A stretch of DNA of 64,000 bases from Polyangiaceae bacterium (GTDB lineage Bacteria > Myxococcota_A > Polyangia > Polyangiales > Polyangiaceae): positions 896,001 to 960,000 of the forward strand of contig CBDCTZ010000015.1 of assembly GCA_965222375.1 (NCBI GenBank), given 5' to 3'. The notes under the pieces were generated by a model. That model had not been told where the DNA came from. It searched no databases and saw only the letters and a program-made list of their open reading frames with translations. Below are positions 36,751 through 46,213 of this stretch, piece after piece. Both the position numbers and the translations under genes were made by a program. The number at the start of each line of letters is the position of its first letter. Position 1 is the first letter of the stretch.

Positions 36751-38169
36751 TCAGAGCGCAGACAAGACCCGAGCCGCGGCGTCTCGGCCCTGACGCACAC
36801 AATCGGGAATGCCCACTCCGCGGTAGGCCGCTCCAGCAAAGGCCAGCCCTGGGGCGGCCCGAAGCAGCGCGTCGATGCGTTCGAGTCGGTCGCCATGGCC
36901 GACAACGGGCTGCGGGTTGGCACGGTGATATCGAAACACGCGGTGGAACAACGGCTCGGGGAGCTTCCCCATGACCCGGCTGAGTTCATCGGCCGCGATC
37001 TCGATCAACGCGTCGTCGCTGCTCGCCTCGACGTCCACGTCTCCCCGAGCACCCCCTAGGAAAGCTCGCATCAAGACCGAGTCCTTCGGCGCCCGGCCGG
37101 CCCATTTGCTCGACACCCAGGTGGCCGCGAGGATCTTGGCTTCGCCCCGTGGGACCACGAAGCCCATGCCGTCCAGGTCGCGCTCGAGCTTCGCCTTCGG
37201 ATATGCGAAGAAGACGGTGGCTGTCGACAGATACGGAATCCCAGCGAGTTCCGCTTCGAATGCCTTCGGCAAGATCTCCGCAGCTGCGTGAGCAGGAGTT
37301 GCCACGATGACGGCGTCGGCACTCAGGCTCTCCCCCTCGGTCAAGTGAACCTTGAAGCCAGAGCCAACCGCTTCAACACGCTTTGCAGCGTTGGAAGTTC
37401 GCACCCGCGGCACGCGATCTGCGAGGGCGCGAATCAAGCTGCCCATGCCTCCTCGCAACGAGTAGAAGGGACTCGGGGCGCTCGCCATGGGTGTCGATAG
37501 CCAGGTCTTGACCGCGGACATGGTGCTCGTCGGCGCGCCGCGCATAGAGGCTTGGGCCTTCATCAAGCCGAGGATCAGACTTCCATGCTTCCTCTCGAGC
37601 TCGACCAGCTGCGGGAAGGTGGACCGGATGGAGAGCTGCGAAACATCTCCCGCATAGATGCCACCCAAGAGCGGCGACGCGACCCTCTCCGCGGCTCGGC
37701 GGCCGAAGCGACGCGCCACGAAGTCCTCGATGGATTCGTCTTCGTCGGAATCTGGAGGCGACACCACGAAGTCGCCCAACATGCGCGCCTTCGCTGTCAG
37801 ACCCATCAACGGCGTCTTCAACATTGGACCCAGCCGCGTCGGCACAGCCAGCGCCATACCCGCGGGCATCTGCACGAGCTTGCCGCGCTGGACCAGGTAG
37901 ACCTTCTTGGCGTCTTCGCTCGGCGAGATCAGGTCATCCTCGAGGCCGAGTTCTTTGCATAGCTGGACGGCCTCGGGCTTGGTTCGAAGAAAGGAGTCCG
38001 GGCCAGCGTCGATCAGAAAACCGCTGGCGCGCTCCGTGACGATGTTGCCACCAATTCGATCCCGAGCCTCCAGCACGGTGATTTCCACATCGGGCTTCGC
38101 CCGCGCAATGGCATAGGCAGCAGAGAGCCCCGTGACCCCCGCACCGAGTACGACGGCGCGTTTGGTCAT
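36751..38169 (-). CDS. hemY: HemY-type protoporphyrinogen/coproporphyrinogen oxidase
   Basis: GAGVTGL FAD motif, DAGPDSF, GIYAGD, GVGIPDCV; ATG overlaps the hemE stop. Confidence 0.95.
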   Translation of the reverse strand: MTKRAVVLGAGVTGLSAAYAIARAKPDVEITVLEARDRIGGNIVTERASGFLIDAGPDSFLRTKPEAVQLCKELGLEDDLISPSEDAKKVYLVQRGKLVQMPAGMALAVPTRLGPMLKTPLMGLTAKARMLGDFVVSPPDSDEDESIEDFVARRFGRRAAERVASPLLGGIYAGDVSQLSIRSTFPQLVELERKHGSLILGLMKAQASMRGAPTSTMSAVKTWLSTPMASAPSPFYSLRGGMGSLIRALADRVPRVRTSNAAKRVEAVGSGFKVHLTEGESLSADAVIVATPAHAAAEILPKAFEAELAGIPYLSTATVFFAYPKAKLERDLDGMGFVVPRGEAKILAATWVSSKWAGRAPKDSVLMRAFLGGARGDVDVEASSDDALIEIAADELSRVMGKLPEPLFHRVFRYHRANPQPVVGHGDRLERIDALLRAAPGLAFAGAAYRGVGIPDCVRQGRDAAARVLSAL

Positions 38170-39197
38170 TTTCGTTGACCGCGCTCGTGAACGAGCTCGG
38201 CGACCCAACGCACCGTGTCTGGCGACATGTTGGGCAGGATGCCGTGCCCCAAGTTGAAGATGTGCCCCGGTGCGCTTCGCCCCTTTTCCAACACGTCGAC
38301 AACTCGCTTCTCGAGAACGGGACGGTCCGCGTACATGGAAATGGGGTCCAAGTTCCCCTGAAGTGCCAGATCGTTGCCCAGGCGTGCATGGGCTTGGTCG
38401 AGGGGCACGCGCCAATCGATGCCGATGACGCTGCCGCCGGCTTGCTTCTGCAGCTCCAGAAGCGTTGCCGTACCAGTACCAAAATGGATCACGGGTACGC
38501 CGAGATCTTTCACACCATCGAGCACGTGGCGGACATGCGGTAGCACGTACGCTTCGTAGTCTGCGGGTCCGAGAGCGCCGATCCACGAATCGAAGAGTTG
38601 CACCGCTTGGGCGCCAGCCTCCACCTGCGCAACCAAATACTCGCGCACGACCGTAGCCAGCTTGTTCGCCAGCTGGTTCCAGAGTTCCGGCTGGTTGTAC
38701 ATCAGGGTCTTGGTCGTAGCGTAGTCCCGGCTCTTACCGCCTTCGATCAGGTAGCTGGCGAGGGTGAAGGGCGCGCCTGCAAAGCCAATCAACGGCGTCT
38801 TTCCGTCCAGCTCGGCACGGATCTGGCGAATCGCCTGGAGGACATGGGCTAGGTGCTCACGCGGTTCGATCACTCTCAGTGCTTCAATATCTGCGGCCGT
38901 GCGCACCGGTGATTCGAAGACTGGCCCCTCCCCCGCCGCGAAGTCGAAGGGCGCTCCCATCGGCTCCAGAGGCAGTAGAATATCCGCGAACAAGATCGCG
39001 GCATCCACAGGCATGGCGCGAACCGGCTGCAGGGTCACTTCCATGGCGAGGTCGGGCTGTCGGCAGATCTGGAGCAGGGTGTGCTTCTTTCGAATCGCGC
39101 GGTATTCGGACATGTAGCGCCCAGCTTGGCGCATGAACCACACGGGGGTGGTGTCCACGGGCTCGCGGCGACACGCGCGCAGGAATCGATCCCACAT
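38166..39197 (-). CDS. hemE: Uroporphyrinogen decarboxylase
   Basis: PVWFMRQAGRY, IGFAGAPFTLASY, QLFDSW, QGNLDP, IFNLGHG. Confidence 0.98.
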   Translation of the reverse strand: MWDRFLRACRREPVDTTPVWFMRQAGRYMSEYRAIRKKHTLLQICRQPDLAMEVTLQPVRAMPVDAAILFADILLPLEPMGAPFDFAAGEGPVFESPVRTAADIEALRVIEPREHLAHVLQAIRQIRAELDGKTPLIGFAGAPFTLASYLIEGGKSRDYATTKTLMYNQPELWNQLANKLATVVREYLVAQVEAGAQAVQLFDSWIGALGPADYEAYVLPHVRHVLDGVKDLGVPVIHFGTGTATLLELQKQAGGSVIGIDWRVPLDQAHARLGNDLALQGNLDPISMYADRPVLEKRVVDVLEKGRSAPGHIFNLGHGILPNMSPDTVRWVAELVHERGQRK

Positions 39198-39236
39198 GGC
39201 CCCGGACCTAGCAAAGGGACTGGCTGACGTAAAACG

Positions 39237-39797
39237 TCAGTTCTTCGCCGCTCCGGCGATGTCCAGATGCGGCGCCTTCTCGCCTTTGGCCGCCTTCTGC
39301 TTCATTTCGTACTTGGACGGGCATTTCGCCATGATCTGCGACGCTTCGAAATGGCCCTCGCTCTGAAGCTTACCCTCGGCGGTCACCTCGACATCCATAC
39401 CGGGCACGTCGCGAAAGGTGTCGGGCACGATGCACTGGGCGTAGCGAACGTCTAGCTGTTTCTGGTTTTTCTGGATCTTGAAGCGGTATTCGCAGGGCTC
39501 GTCTCGACGCACGAGGGTGCCACGTACGAGAGTGCCAGCAACGCGCACGTTTCGGTCGACAAGCCGCTCTCGCTCCGCGACCAGCTGATCGACGGTCTTC
39601 GAGTACACGGCAGCGTCTTCGAAGCTGGTCATGACCAATGCCAAGACGCCGCCGGCAATGACGACTAGCGCGGCCAAAAGCCCAACGTTGTTCAAACCGC
39701 GGGTCTTTTTCGGTTCCGCCGCCTGTTTGGGTGACGTGACTGGAACCGCTTCTGACTCCTCGACGGCCTGCCGGAGTTCGTCGTCTAGATCGGCCAT
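39237..39797 (-). CDS. ccmE: Cytochrome c maturation heme chaperone CcmE (CxxxY type)
   Basis: TM anchor, VRVAGTLV, PDTFR, AEGKL, AKCPSKY. Confidence 0.9.
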   Translation of the reverse strand: MADLDDELRQAVEESEAVPVTSPKQAAEPKKTRGLNNVGLLAALVVIAGGVLALVMTSFEDAAVYSKTVDQLVAERERLVDRNVRVAGTLVRGTLVRRDEPCEYRFKIQKNQKQLDVRYAQCIVPDTFRDVPGMDVEVTAEGKLQSEGHFEASQIMAKCPSKYEMKQKAAKGEKAPHLDIAGAAKN

Positions 39798-39809
39798 GTT
39801 CTGACAAAC

Positions 39810-40352
39810 CTAGTGCGCCGCACTGTCAGGGTCCACTCCCGAGCCCGATCTGCGCGCTCTACTGAAAATCCGTGCGGCAAAGGCCGCGCTCGCGTAGCCC
39901 GACGCAGCCAGGACTGCGAACACCGGGATGGCTCCCCAAATCGAGCCGAATGCCCCACCCAGGGAGGCCACGAGGCACCCCACCGCCGCCGCAGCGGCGC
40001 CGCCGACTCCAGCGTCCTTGGGCCGCACCGTGGTGCCGAAGCGTCCGACGATGGCTCCACTGAGACCGCAGGCGACCACGAAGGCAAGCATGGCGGGCCC
40101 AGAAAGGGCCAGAGTCAGTAGCAGCGTTTCGGAGCTCGAGGCCGTACGGGCGAAGCGGGCAAGCTGCTCCGGATCCGACGAGTCAACCCATGTGCTCACC
40201 AAGGCCCGACCCAGGGCGCCGCCCAACATCGAAAGGGGCAGCCACAGAGTGAACGCTAGCGTCGCACCGATCGCCCGCCAGGCGAGCGGCGAGCGCTCCT
40301 CGCCTTCTCGCCCGCCGGATTGGCTCTGGATGATCGGTAGGTGGCGCTTCAT
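39810..40352 (-). CDS. Multi-pass membrane protein
   Basis: About four hydrophobic helices; 12 bp upstream of ccmE. Confidence 0.75.
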   Translation of the reverse strand: MKRHLPIIQSQSGGREGEERSPLAWRAIGATLAFTLWLPLSMLGGALGRALVSTWVDSSDPEQLARFARTASSSETLLLTLALSGPAMLAFVVACGLSGAIVGRFGTTVRPKDAGVGGAAAAAVGCLVASLGGAFGSIWGAIPVFAVLAASGYASAAFAARIFSRARRSGSGVDPDSAAH

Positions 40353-40408
40353 CAGCAGCCACCATGATGCCGTGAGGTGAGCATCGCTGCCACCCAGCTC
40401 TGAATGCT

Positions 40409-41752
40409 ATGCATACTGCCGAAGGATCGCAGCAGATGGCCGAACTTGACCCCATGAGCTTCGATCGCGCGCTATCCAGCGCGGCTCGAAACGGTGTCGC
40501 TTTCTTGCGAAGCCTGCAAACGGGAGCTCCTGGAGCCGCCGACGAACTCGCTCGGGCCCTCGAGCACGTGGCGAATAGCGAGGCCTTGCACTGGGTCAGG
40601 GAGTTGCCGGCGGAGGATGCAACACGAGTTCCAGCTCTGCGATGGCTACATTGCCTGATTGATTTGCGAGTGAATGCACGAGCCGTTTCGGAAGTAGCAC
40701 GCGTCTACCGCCGCGTGCGCCACTCTCTGGAAGCACCCGCCAAGGCGCTGCTGTCGGTTCACGAAATGGTCACGCGCGCCCTCTCCGAGCCCGGACGGCG
40801 CGAGGAGTGGCTCCGCGCCGTCCAAGACAATGGCCGGCAAGTGCAGGACGCGAGCCATCTGCTCTGGGAACGCCGGGTCGAAGTTTCGAAGCGCATGGGC
40901 TTCGAGTCCCCCCAGGACATCGCCCCCGCCCCCGGGCTGGCCCTGGCGTCCCATCTGGCGGCAACCACCGAGATATTGGAACACTCTGGCGCCGAGGACC
41001 TGGCATCATTTCTGGAGGTCGCCCTGGCCACCGGCGCGTCCGAAGGCTGGCCCGTCCATCTGAGCCCGCGTTCCTTGACCGCGTTTTTTGCCAGCGCCCC
41101 CTGGTTCGACGGCCTCAGACTCCGATTCGGGGGTCTGCCCCAGCGCATCGCCCCGGCAAGCTTTCTGCGAGGCCTGGGTCAATTGGGGGGCCTGTTTTTC
41201 GAGGCCTGCGCCTCTGACGCCCTTCCGTTCAGCCTGTCTCGGGACCCCTATGGCTTGGGAAATCAGACCTCGGGCGCGCTCTTCGTGTGGATGGGCATTT
41301 CCACATCCTTTCTCCGCCGAAATCTCAGCCAGGGGCCGGACCGAGCCCGGGAGCACCGCCGCGCGCTGGCGCGGGCAGTATTACTCGAGTCCCGAGCAGC
41401 TGCCCTCAGGTGTCGGCTGTCACGACTGACCCAAGAGGGTCGCGACTCCTTCAGCCGCGGATTCGAAGAGCACTGTCACAGTATGTTGGGCTTTGCACTT
41501 CCGCCGCGCTTCGGTTTGGTGCTGATGCGGCCGCGGGTCGACGCCGATCAACGCTACTTGGGTCTATTGCTCGCAGCCTCGGCCTACCAACGACTGCGGG
41601 ACCAACATGACGAAGACTTCTACAGGAATCCCCGCGCCGTGGAGCAACTACGTGGGGAAGCTCGACTTGCAGCGCCTTGCGCCGTCAGCCCCGAGCAAAT
41701 CGACTCCGGCCTTGCCGACATGCGGCGGCTGCTCCTCGAGTACCTTGACTGA
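40409..41752 (+). CDS. Helical protein resembling M3-like peptidases without HEXXH
   Basis: C-terminal LRDQHDEDFYRNPRA motif; FLRGLGQLG at the expected HEXXH position. Confidence 0.6.
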   Translation: MHTAEGSQQMAELDPMSFDRALSSAARNGVAFLRSLQTGAPGAADELARALEHVANSEALHWVRELPAEDATRVPALRWLHCLIDLRVNARAVSEVARVYRRVRHSLEAPAKALLSVHEMVTRALSEPGRREEWLRAVQDNGRQVQDASHLLWERRVEVSKRMGFESPQDIAPAPGLALASHLAATTEILEHSGAEDLASFLEVALATGASEGWPVHLSPRSLTAFFASAPWFDGLRLRFGGLPQRIAPASFLRGLGQLGGLFFEACASDALPFSLSRDPYGLGNQTSGALFVWMGISTSFLRRNLSQGPDRAREHRRALARAVLLESRAAALRCRLSRLTQEGRDSFSRGFEEHCHSMLGFALPPRFGLVLMRPRVDADQRYLGLLLAASAYQRLRDQHDEDFYRNPRAVEQLRGEARLAAPCAVSPEQIDSGLADMRRLLLEYLD

Positions 41753-41759
41753 ACGGGCG

Positions 41760-42782
41760 TCAGAAGGTGTCGGCCGCGGAGGGCGTTAGCCCGGATGCTT
41801 CCACGTGATAGGTGAAGCCGAATAGAATCGCGGTGGCCTGGTCGCCGGACACGATGCGCCGAACGGCGACCTCGGCGCTGAACGCCCGATCGATATAGCC
41901 CACACCCCCACTGATGGCGTGATTTTCCGCGCCGTCGTCGTAGCGGTAGCCGAGGCGGATTGGGTAGTTGTCGGCAAGCAAGAGCTCGCCGCCGCCCATG
42001 GCGCGGACTTTGGTGGTGTCCCAAGTCGTAAAGTCGCTGACCACATCGGCTTCGATGGTGAACTCATCGGACCCGACCCCCACTCCTCCGCCGACACTGG
42101 AAGGCTGGAACCCATGCCCTGGGTTGTTCAAGTTGTTGCCCACAATCGAGATCGCGAAGGACTTGGAGGGTCGTATTGTCGCTCCGGCATCGAAGGCGAA
42201 GCCGCGCACGATGTTCTCGTCCTCCAGACCACCACTGACCAGGCTTTCGCCCAAAGGCCCCAATCCATCCTGCCGTAGCCACAAATAGCGTCCGCCAATG
42301 CCGAGAAAGAACTGGTCCGAGAACGGAAACGCGAACGCAAACCGCAGGTCGGTTGCGCGTCGATCGATGCCGTCGGGATCCTGCAACGTCCAGGTACCAC
42401 CGATACCGCCAGCGACGCGCGCACTGCTCACGATGGAGTCGACAGCGGCGCCGCCATAGCTCTGGCGTCCAGCCTCTGGCCAGATCTGCGCAATTGCACC
42501 CAGATGGTAGATTCGGCTGGCGACCATGTTGGCCGGGTTGATGAACAAAGCCGACACCGAGTTGCTGTACGCTCGGAGCGCGCCGCCCATCGCAGCGCTG
42601 CGCGGCGTTTCGATCTCACCGTAGTTCCAACCGATTTCCGGCGGCAGGTCACTCCGTTCCGCAACTGCAGTCGTCGTTAGGGTCAGAGCGGCAAGTAGCG
42701 CGTACGCAGAAACGGTTGTGCGCGCCGCACGCGTCGTACACGCGATAGTCCGGTCCGTTTTCGGTCGAGGTCGCCCTAACAC
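41760..42782 (-). CDS. Outer-membrane beta-barrel protein (FadL/PorV-like N-terminus)
   Basis: Signal peptide, PRSAAMGGA...ALFINPANM, amphipathic strands; start uncertain. Confidence 0.75.
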   Translation of the reverse strand: MLGRPRPKTDRTIACTTRAARTTVSAYALLAALTLTTTAVAERSDLPPEIGWNYGEIETPRSAAMGGALRAYSNSVSALFINPANMVASRIYHLGAIAQIWPEAGRQSYGGAAVDSIVSSARVAGGIGGTWTLQDPDGIDRRATDLRFAFAFPFSDQFFLGIGGRYLWLRQDGLGPLGESLVSGGLEDENIVRGFAFDAGATIRPSKSFAISIVGNNLNNPGHGFQPSSVGGGVGVGSDEFTIEADVVSDFTTWDTTKVRAMGGGELLLADNYPIRLGYRYDDGAENHAISGGVGYIDRAFSAEVAVRRIVSGDQATAILFGFTYHVEASGLTPSAADTF

Positions 42783-43265
42783 TCGGGCCAGTGCTAGCGA
42801 AGGACAACCGCACTGGGCAACAAAACGACGTGACAGAAATGTTTCCGCGAGACCGAAACCGCTCGTTGCCTCTTGACTTCCAAAATCGCCGGAGTTGACG
42901 CTGCAAGAGAACTGCGCGCAGCCCGCGGCTTGAGATAACTCATTGTGTCCGTAGGGTTACGAACGTGTGGCGATGACTGAGTAGCTCAAGTGCCCACGCG
43001 CGGGCCAAGTTTTCACTTGACCCAGCTGTTTTGATGCCGAATTCGCAAACAAAAAAAACGCGGGTTGAAACCTGCGCGCGACCGGTGGTAGCTGCCTGGA
43101 TTGTCGCTTCGGCGTAACCTTCGCCAACGCGACAAAGGCTCGGGAGGGAAACCTCACGCGCCGGGACATCTTCGGACATGCACTGCCCACTTCGCCAGCA
43201 AGGGGGCAACCGGGGTCAGCCCCCGGCCGGTTGGGTCACTTGGCGACCGGAACCACTAGACGGGG

Positions 43266-43286
43266 TTGTCCACAGGTTGTGGATAA
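43266..43286. promoter_or_regulatory. Inverted pair of DnaA boxes
   Basis: TTGTCCACA (1 mismatch to TTATCCACA) and TGTGGATAA (perfect), 3 bp apart, about 20 bp before dnaA. Confidence 0.85.
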
Positions 43287-43305
43287 CTTGGGGGGAATCG
43301 TCTCC

Positions 43306-44757
43306 GTGATCACTGAACCGCAAAGCGCCTACGACACGTCGACGGAAATGCAGGGGTATTCGAAAGAAATGGAAGTCTGGCAGCAGGCAATCGACCAGAC
43401 GCGCGAACGGTCCCCAGCATCGTTCGAGCAGTGGTTTTCGAGTGTTCAGATAGATGGTCTCCGGGACAATGTCCTAAACCTAGTCGCACGAGACGAATTC
43501 GTGCGGGACTGGGTGAAGACTCATTTCCTTCCCGATCTGGTGTCGAATCTAGAACGAGCCCTGGGAGGGCCAGTCAACGTGAAGTGGCGCATCTCGTCCC
43601 AGATCGAATCGCCCGTGTGCAATCCGAAGCCCGCGCGCTCGCGCCGCTCCCGCCTGTCCGCGACGCCTGGGTCCGAGCCCCGCTCCGGCCCCGTTGGCAT
43701 GGCCCCCGCTGAACGCGCACGGCTAGCGGCTTTCCTCAATCCCAAACACACCTTCAGCAATTTCGTTGTCGGACCGTCGAACGAGCTGGCCTATGCAGCC
43801 GCCCTGGCCTCCGCGGGTGGCGCCGGCCCCCGCTACAACCCGCTGTTCATCGCTGGGGGCACCGGGCTGGGCAAGACCCACTTGATGCACGCCATCGCCC
43901 ACAAGCTACTCGAGGAGCGTCCAGAAGCGCGCGTGGCGTACGTCTCGGCGGAGCATTTCACCAACGAGTTCATCGAAGCCCTGCAACACCACAAGATGGA
44001 CGAATTCCGAACTCGTTACCGTCAGCAGTGTGATCTCTTCCTTTTGGACGACATTCAGTTCCTGGCAGGCCGCGAGCAAACCCAGGAAGAGTTCTTCCAC
44101 ACCTTCAACGCTCTGCGCGACGCCGACAAACCCATCGTGGTGACGAGCGACAAATACCCACAGCAACTGGCGCGCATGCCTGAGCGTCTGGTGTCCCGTT
44201 TCACTTCCGGCCTGGTCGCGGACATTCAAGTGCCACAGCTGGAGACCCGAGTGGCCATCGTACGCAAGAAGGCCAACATCGAGTCCATCCCACTGTCCGA
44301 CGAGGTCGCGGTGCTGCTGGCACAGACGGTGAAGAGCAACGTGCGTGAGCTGGAAGGCGCATTAATCCGCTTGGCGGCCAAGAGTTCGCTGACCGGTCGC
44401 CCCATCGACGAAACCTTCGCGCTGGAAGAGCTGATGCGAGTAGCGCCAACCCGGCCGGACCGCATGAGCGTCGAGGACATTCAGCGAGTCGTATGCACGC
44501 ATTTCCACCTGTCCAACGCCGAACTGCTCTCGAAAGACCGCCACAAGTCCGTCGCCTTCGCCCGACAGGTCGCCATGTACCTGTGCCGCCAGCGCCTCAA
44601 GTGCAGCTTCCCCGAGCTGGGCCGCGCCTTCGGCAACCGCGACCACACCACCGTGATGAGCGCCGTGCGCCGCGTGGAAAAGCTCCGCGCCAACGACCCC
44701 CAAGTCAACGCGCACCTCGAAGCCATCGAGCAACAGCTCGCCTCCTCCGACGACTGA
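43306..44757 (+). CDS. dnaA: Chromosomal replication initiator DnaA
   Basis: TFSNFVVGPSN, YNPLFIAGGTGLGKTHL, LLDDIQF, SNVRELEGAL, RDHTTV; start inferred (GTG 43306). Confidence 0.98.
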   Translation: MITEPQSAYDTSTEMQGYSKEMEVWQQAIDQTRERSPASFEQWFSSVQIDGLRDNVLNLVARDEFVRDWVKTHFLPDLVSNLERALGGPVNVKWRISSQIESPVCNPKPARSRRSRLSATPGSEPRSGPVGMAPAERARLAAFLNPKHTFSNFVVGPSNELAYAAALASAGGAGPRYNPLFIAGGTGLGKTHLMHAIAHKLLEERPEARVAYVSAEHFTNEFIEALQHHKMDEFRTRYRQQCDLFLLDDIQFLAGREQTQEEFFHTFNALRDADKPIVVTSDKYPQQLARMPERLVSRFTSGLVADIQVPQLETRVAIVRKKANIESIPLSDEVAVLLAQTVKSNVRELEGALIRLAAKSSLTGRPIDETFALEELMRVAPTRPDRMSVEDIQRVVCTHFHLSNAELLSKDRHKSVAFARQVAMYLCRQRLKCSFPELGRAFGNRDHTTVMSAVRRVEKLRANDPQVNAHLEAIEQQLASSDD

Positions 44758-44876
44758 TCCCGCGCCGCGCAGCGGGATGGTTGTGGGTTGAACGGCTTGA
44801 GTCATTGATGTTCTTGTGTGGATGAAACGGATGTTTCGGAACGCGGGACCGGTTGTGCGACCCAAGCTGCGGCTTT

Positions 44877-45551
44877 CTACTTGACTTTGGCTTCCGCGGT
44901 TTCGGTGCCAAAGATCCCGGGGCGATCGCTCTTGACGACCACCGGGGGCAGCGGAACACCGGGGTGCGGGTGGCGTTCGGGCAAAGTGCCGACTCGAGTG
45001 GCCAGGTGGATGCTGAGGGCGTCGATGACCTCCCCGGCGGCATTACCTAGCTGACTGCCATACGGGAAGCTGGCGCGAGAAGTCGATTCACTGGCGCCGG
45101 AAGCGATCGGGATCCCGCCGCGCACCAGCTTCCAACGCAGCTCGCCTCGAGCCGCCCAGCCGGGTCCTTCGGGACCGGGAGGCGCTGGGCTGAGGTCCGC
45201 GGAGACCAGCAGCAGGTAGTCCAACTTCTCGAGTTCGTCACCCTTGCCCTTGACTGCCACCTGCGAAAAGGCCGGCCACAAGGTCGTCTCGAGGCTTCGC
45301 TGCAGAGCAGCGTGCACACCCACGAAGCACAGCGGGCGAGCCGAACCGTCATCGGTGCATTGGCGGTCCTCGGTGTAACCGTCGAAGGCGATCCAGAGGC
45401 GCCCGCTGTGGTGCACCATGTCCACCGGAGGGGGCGGCAACTGCGCGTTCGTGACGCGCGCGGCATGCTGGTGGGTGCACGCGGCGGTAGCGAGGAGCGC
45501 TGACAAGGCAAGGCTCGAAACGAATCGGTTCACGAATCGCAGGCTATCCAT
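44877..45551 (-). CDS. Lipoprotein of unknown function
   Basis: ATAAC lipobox after a hydrophobic segment. Confidence 0.75.
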   Translation of the reverse strand: MDSLRFVNRFVSSLALSALLATAACTHQHAARVTNAQLPPPPVDMVHHSGRLWIAFDGYTEDRQCTDDGSARPLCFVGVHAALQRSLETTLWPAFSQVAVKGKGDELEKLDYLLLVSADLSPAPPGPEGPGWAARGELRWKLVRGGIPIASGASESTSRASFPYGSQLGNAAGEVIDALSIHLATRVGTLPERHPHPGVPLPPVVVKSDRPGIFGTETAEAKVK

Positions 45552-45746
45552 GAGGGCGGGACCTGGCCCAATTTCAGCCGCATAGCCCGACACTAGATCT
45601 CAGCATATTTGTCAAAAATATCAAATATTTATAGGCTTGCTCCGACGAGCAATCCAGGTGTGTACGATCCAAGGCCGGTAGGGGTCAACCTGGGGACAAA
45701 TAGTTGAAAACCTGACAAGTCCCGCAGGCATACCTATATTTCCTTC

Positions 45747-45956
45747 ATGTCAAACATCCGCCACATCCATCAGTACATGACGGATCGCCGGCGGGTTCTG
45801 CTGAAGGACGGGCGCGTCGGCCGAATTGTCCGCGTCGATACGCACTACCCGAAGCGGAGCACTACGGTGTCCGTATGGACCGGCGATGGCCCTGGCATTG
45901 CCAAGGTCGATATCAAAGCCGTCGTCGGCCCCGCGCCCAAAGCGAAAACTGCGTAA
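45747..45956 (+). CDS. Small basic beta-rich (SH3/KOW-like) hypothetical protein
   Basis: ATG after an AT-rich promoter region; RRVLLKDGRVGRIVRVD; GC3-biased codons. Confidence 0.65.
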   Translation: MSNIRHIHQYMTDRRRVLLKDGRVGRIVRVDTHYPKRSTTVSVWTGDGPGIAKVDIKAVVGPAPKAKTA

Positions 45957-46213
45957 AAAGGGGGCGCTTTTTGCAACCGGCGCCCGAGCCAAATGGCTCG
46001 CGGCGCCGGAGACGCGTTGTGTACCCGGGTTGCAGCTCGAGGATAGCCGCCTCACGGGGCCCAGGGATGCTTTGGCGTTCCGCGGCCGCTCGCCGGAACG
46101 CACAACCGCGGCGCCGGAGACGCGTCTACGCCCTTCGCAACTCACGGGCCCCGAGTCGAAGTAGAGCGGCGCTGGAGCGTGAAGGGGAATGAACAGGAGC
46201 GGCACATCGGGAA

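Noticed and set aside
39197..39240. Caulobacter-style origin next to hemE
   Set aside because: Only ~40 bp intergenic, with no DnaA boxes or AT-rich tract.
43090..43200. c-di-GMP-I riboswitch upstream of dnaA
   Set aside because: A GAAA tetraloop is present, but the conserved GGCAAAC...GACGCAAAG framework is not; kept only as a generic structured leader.
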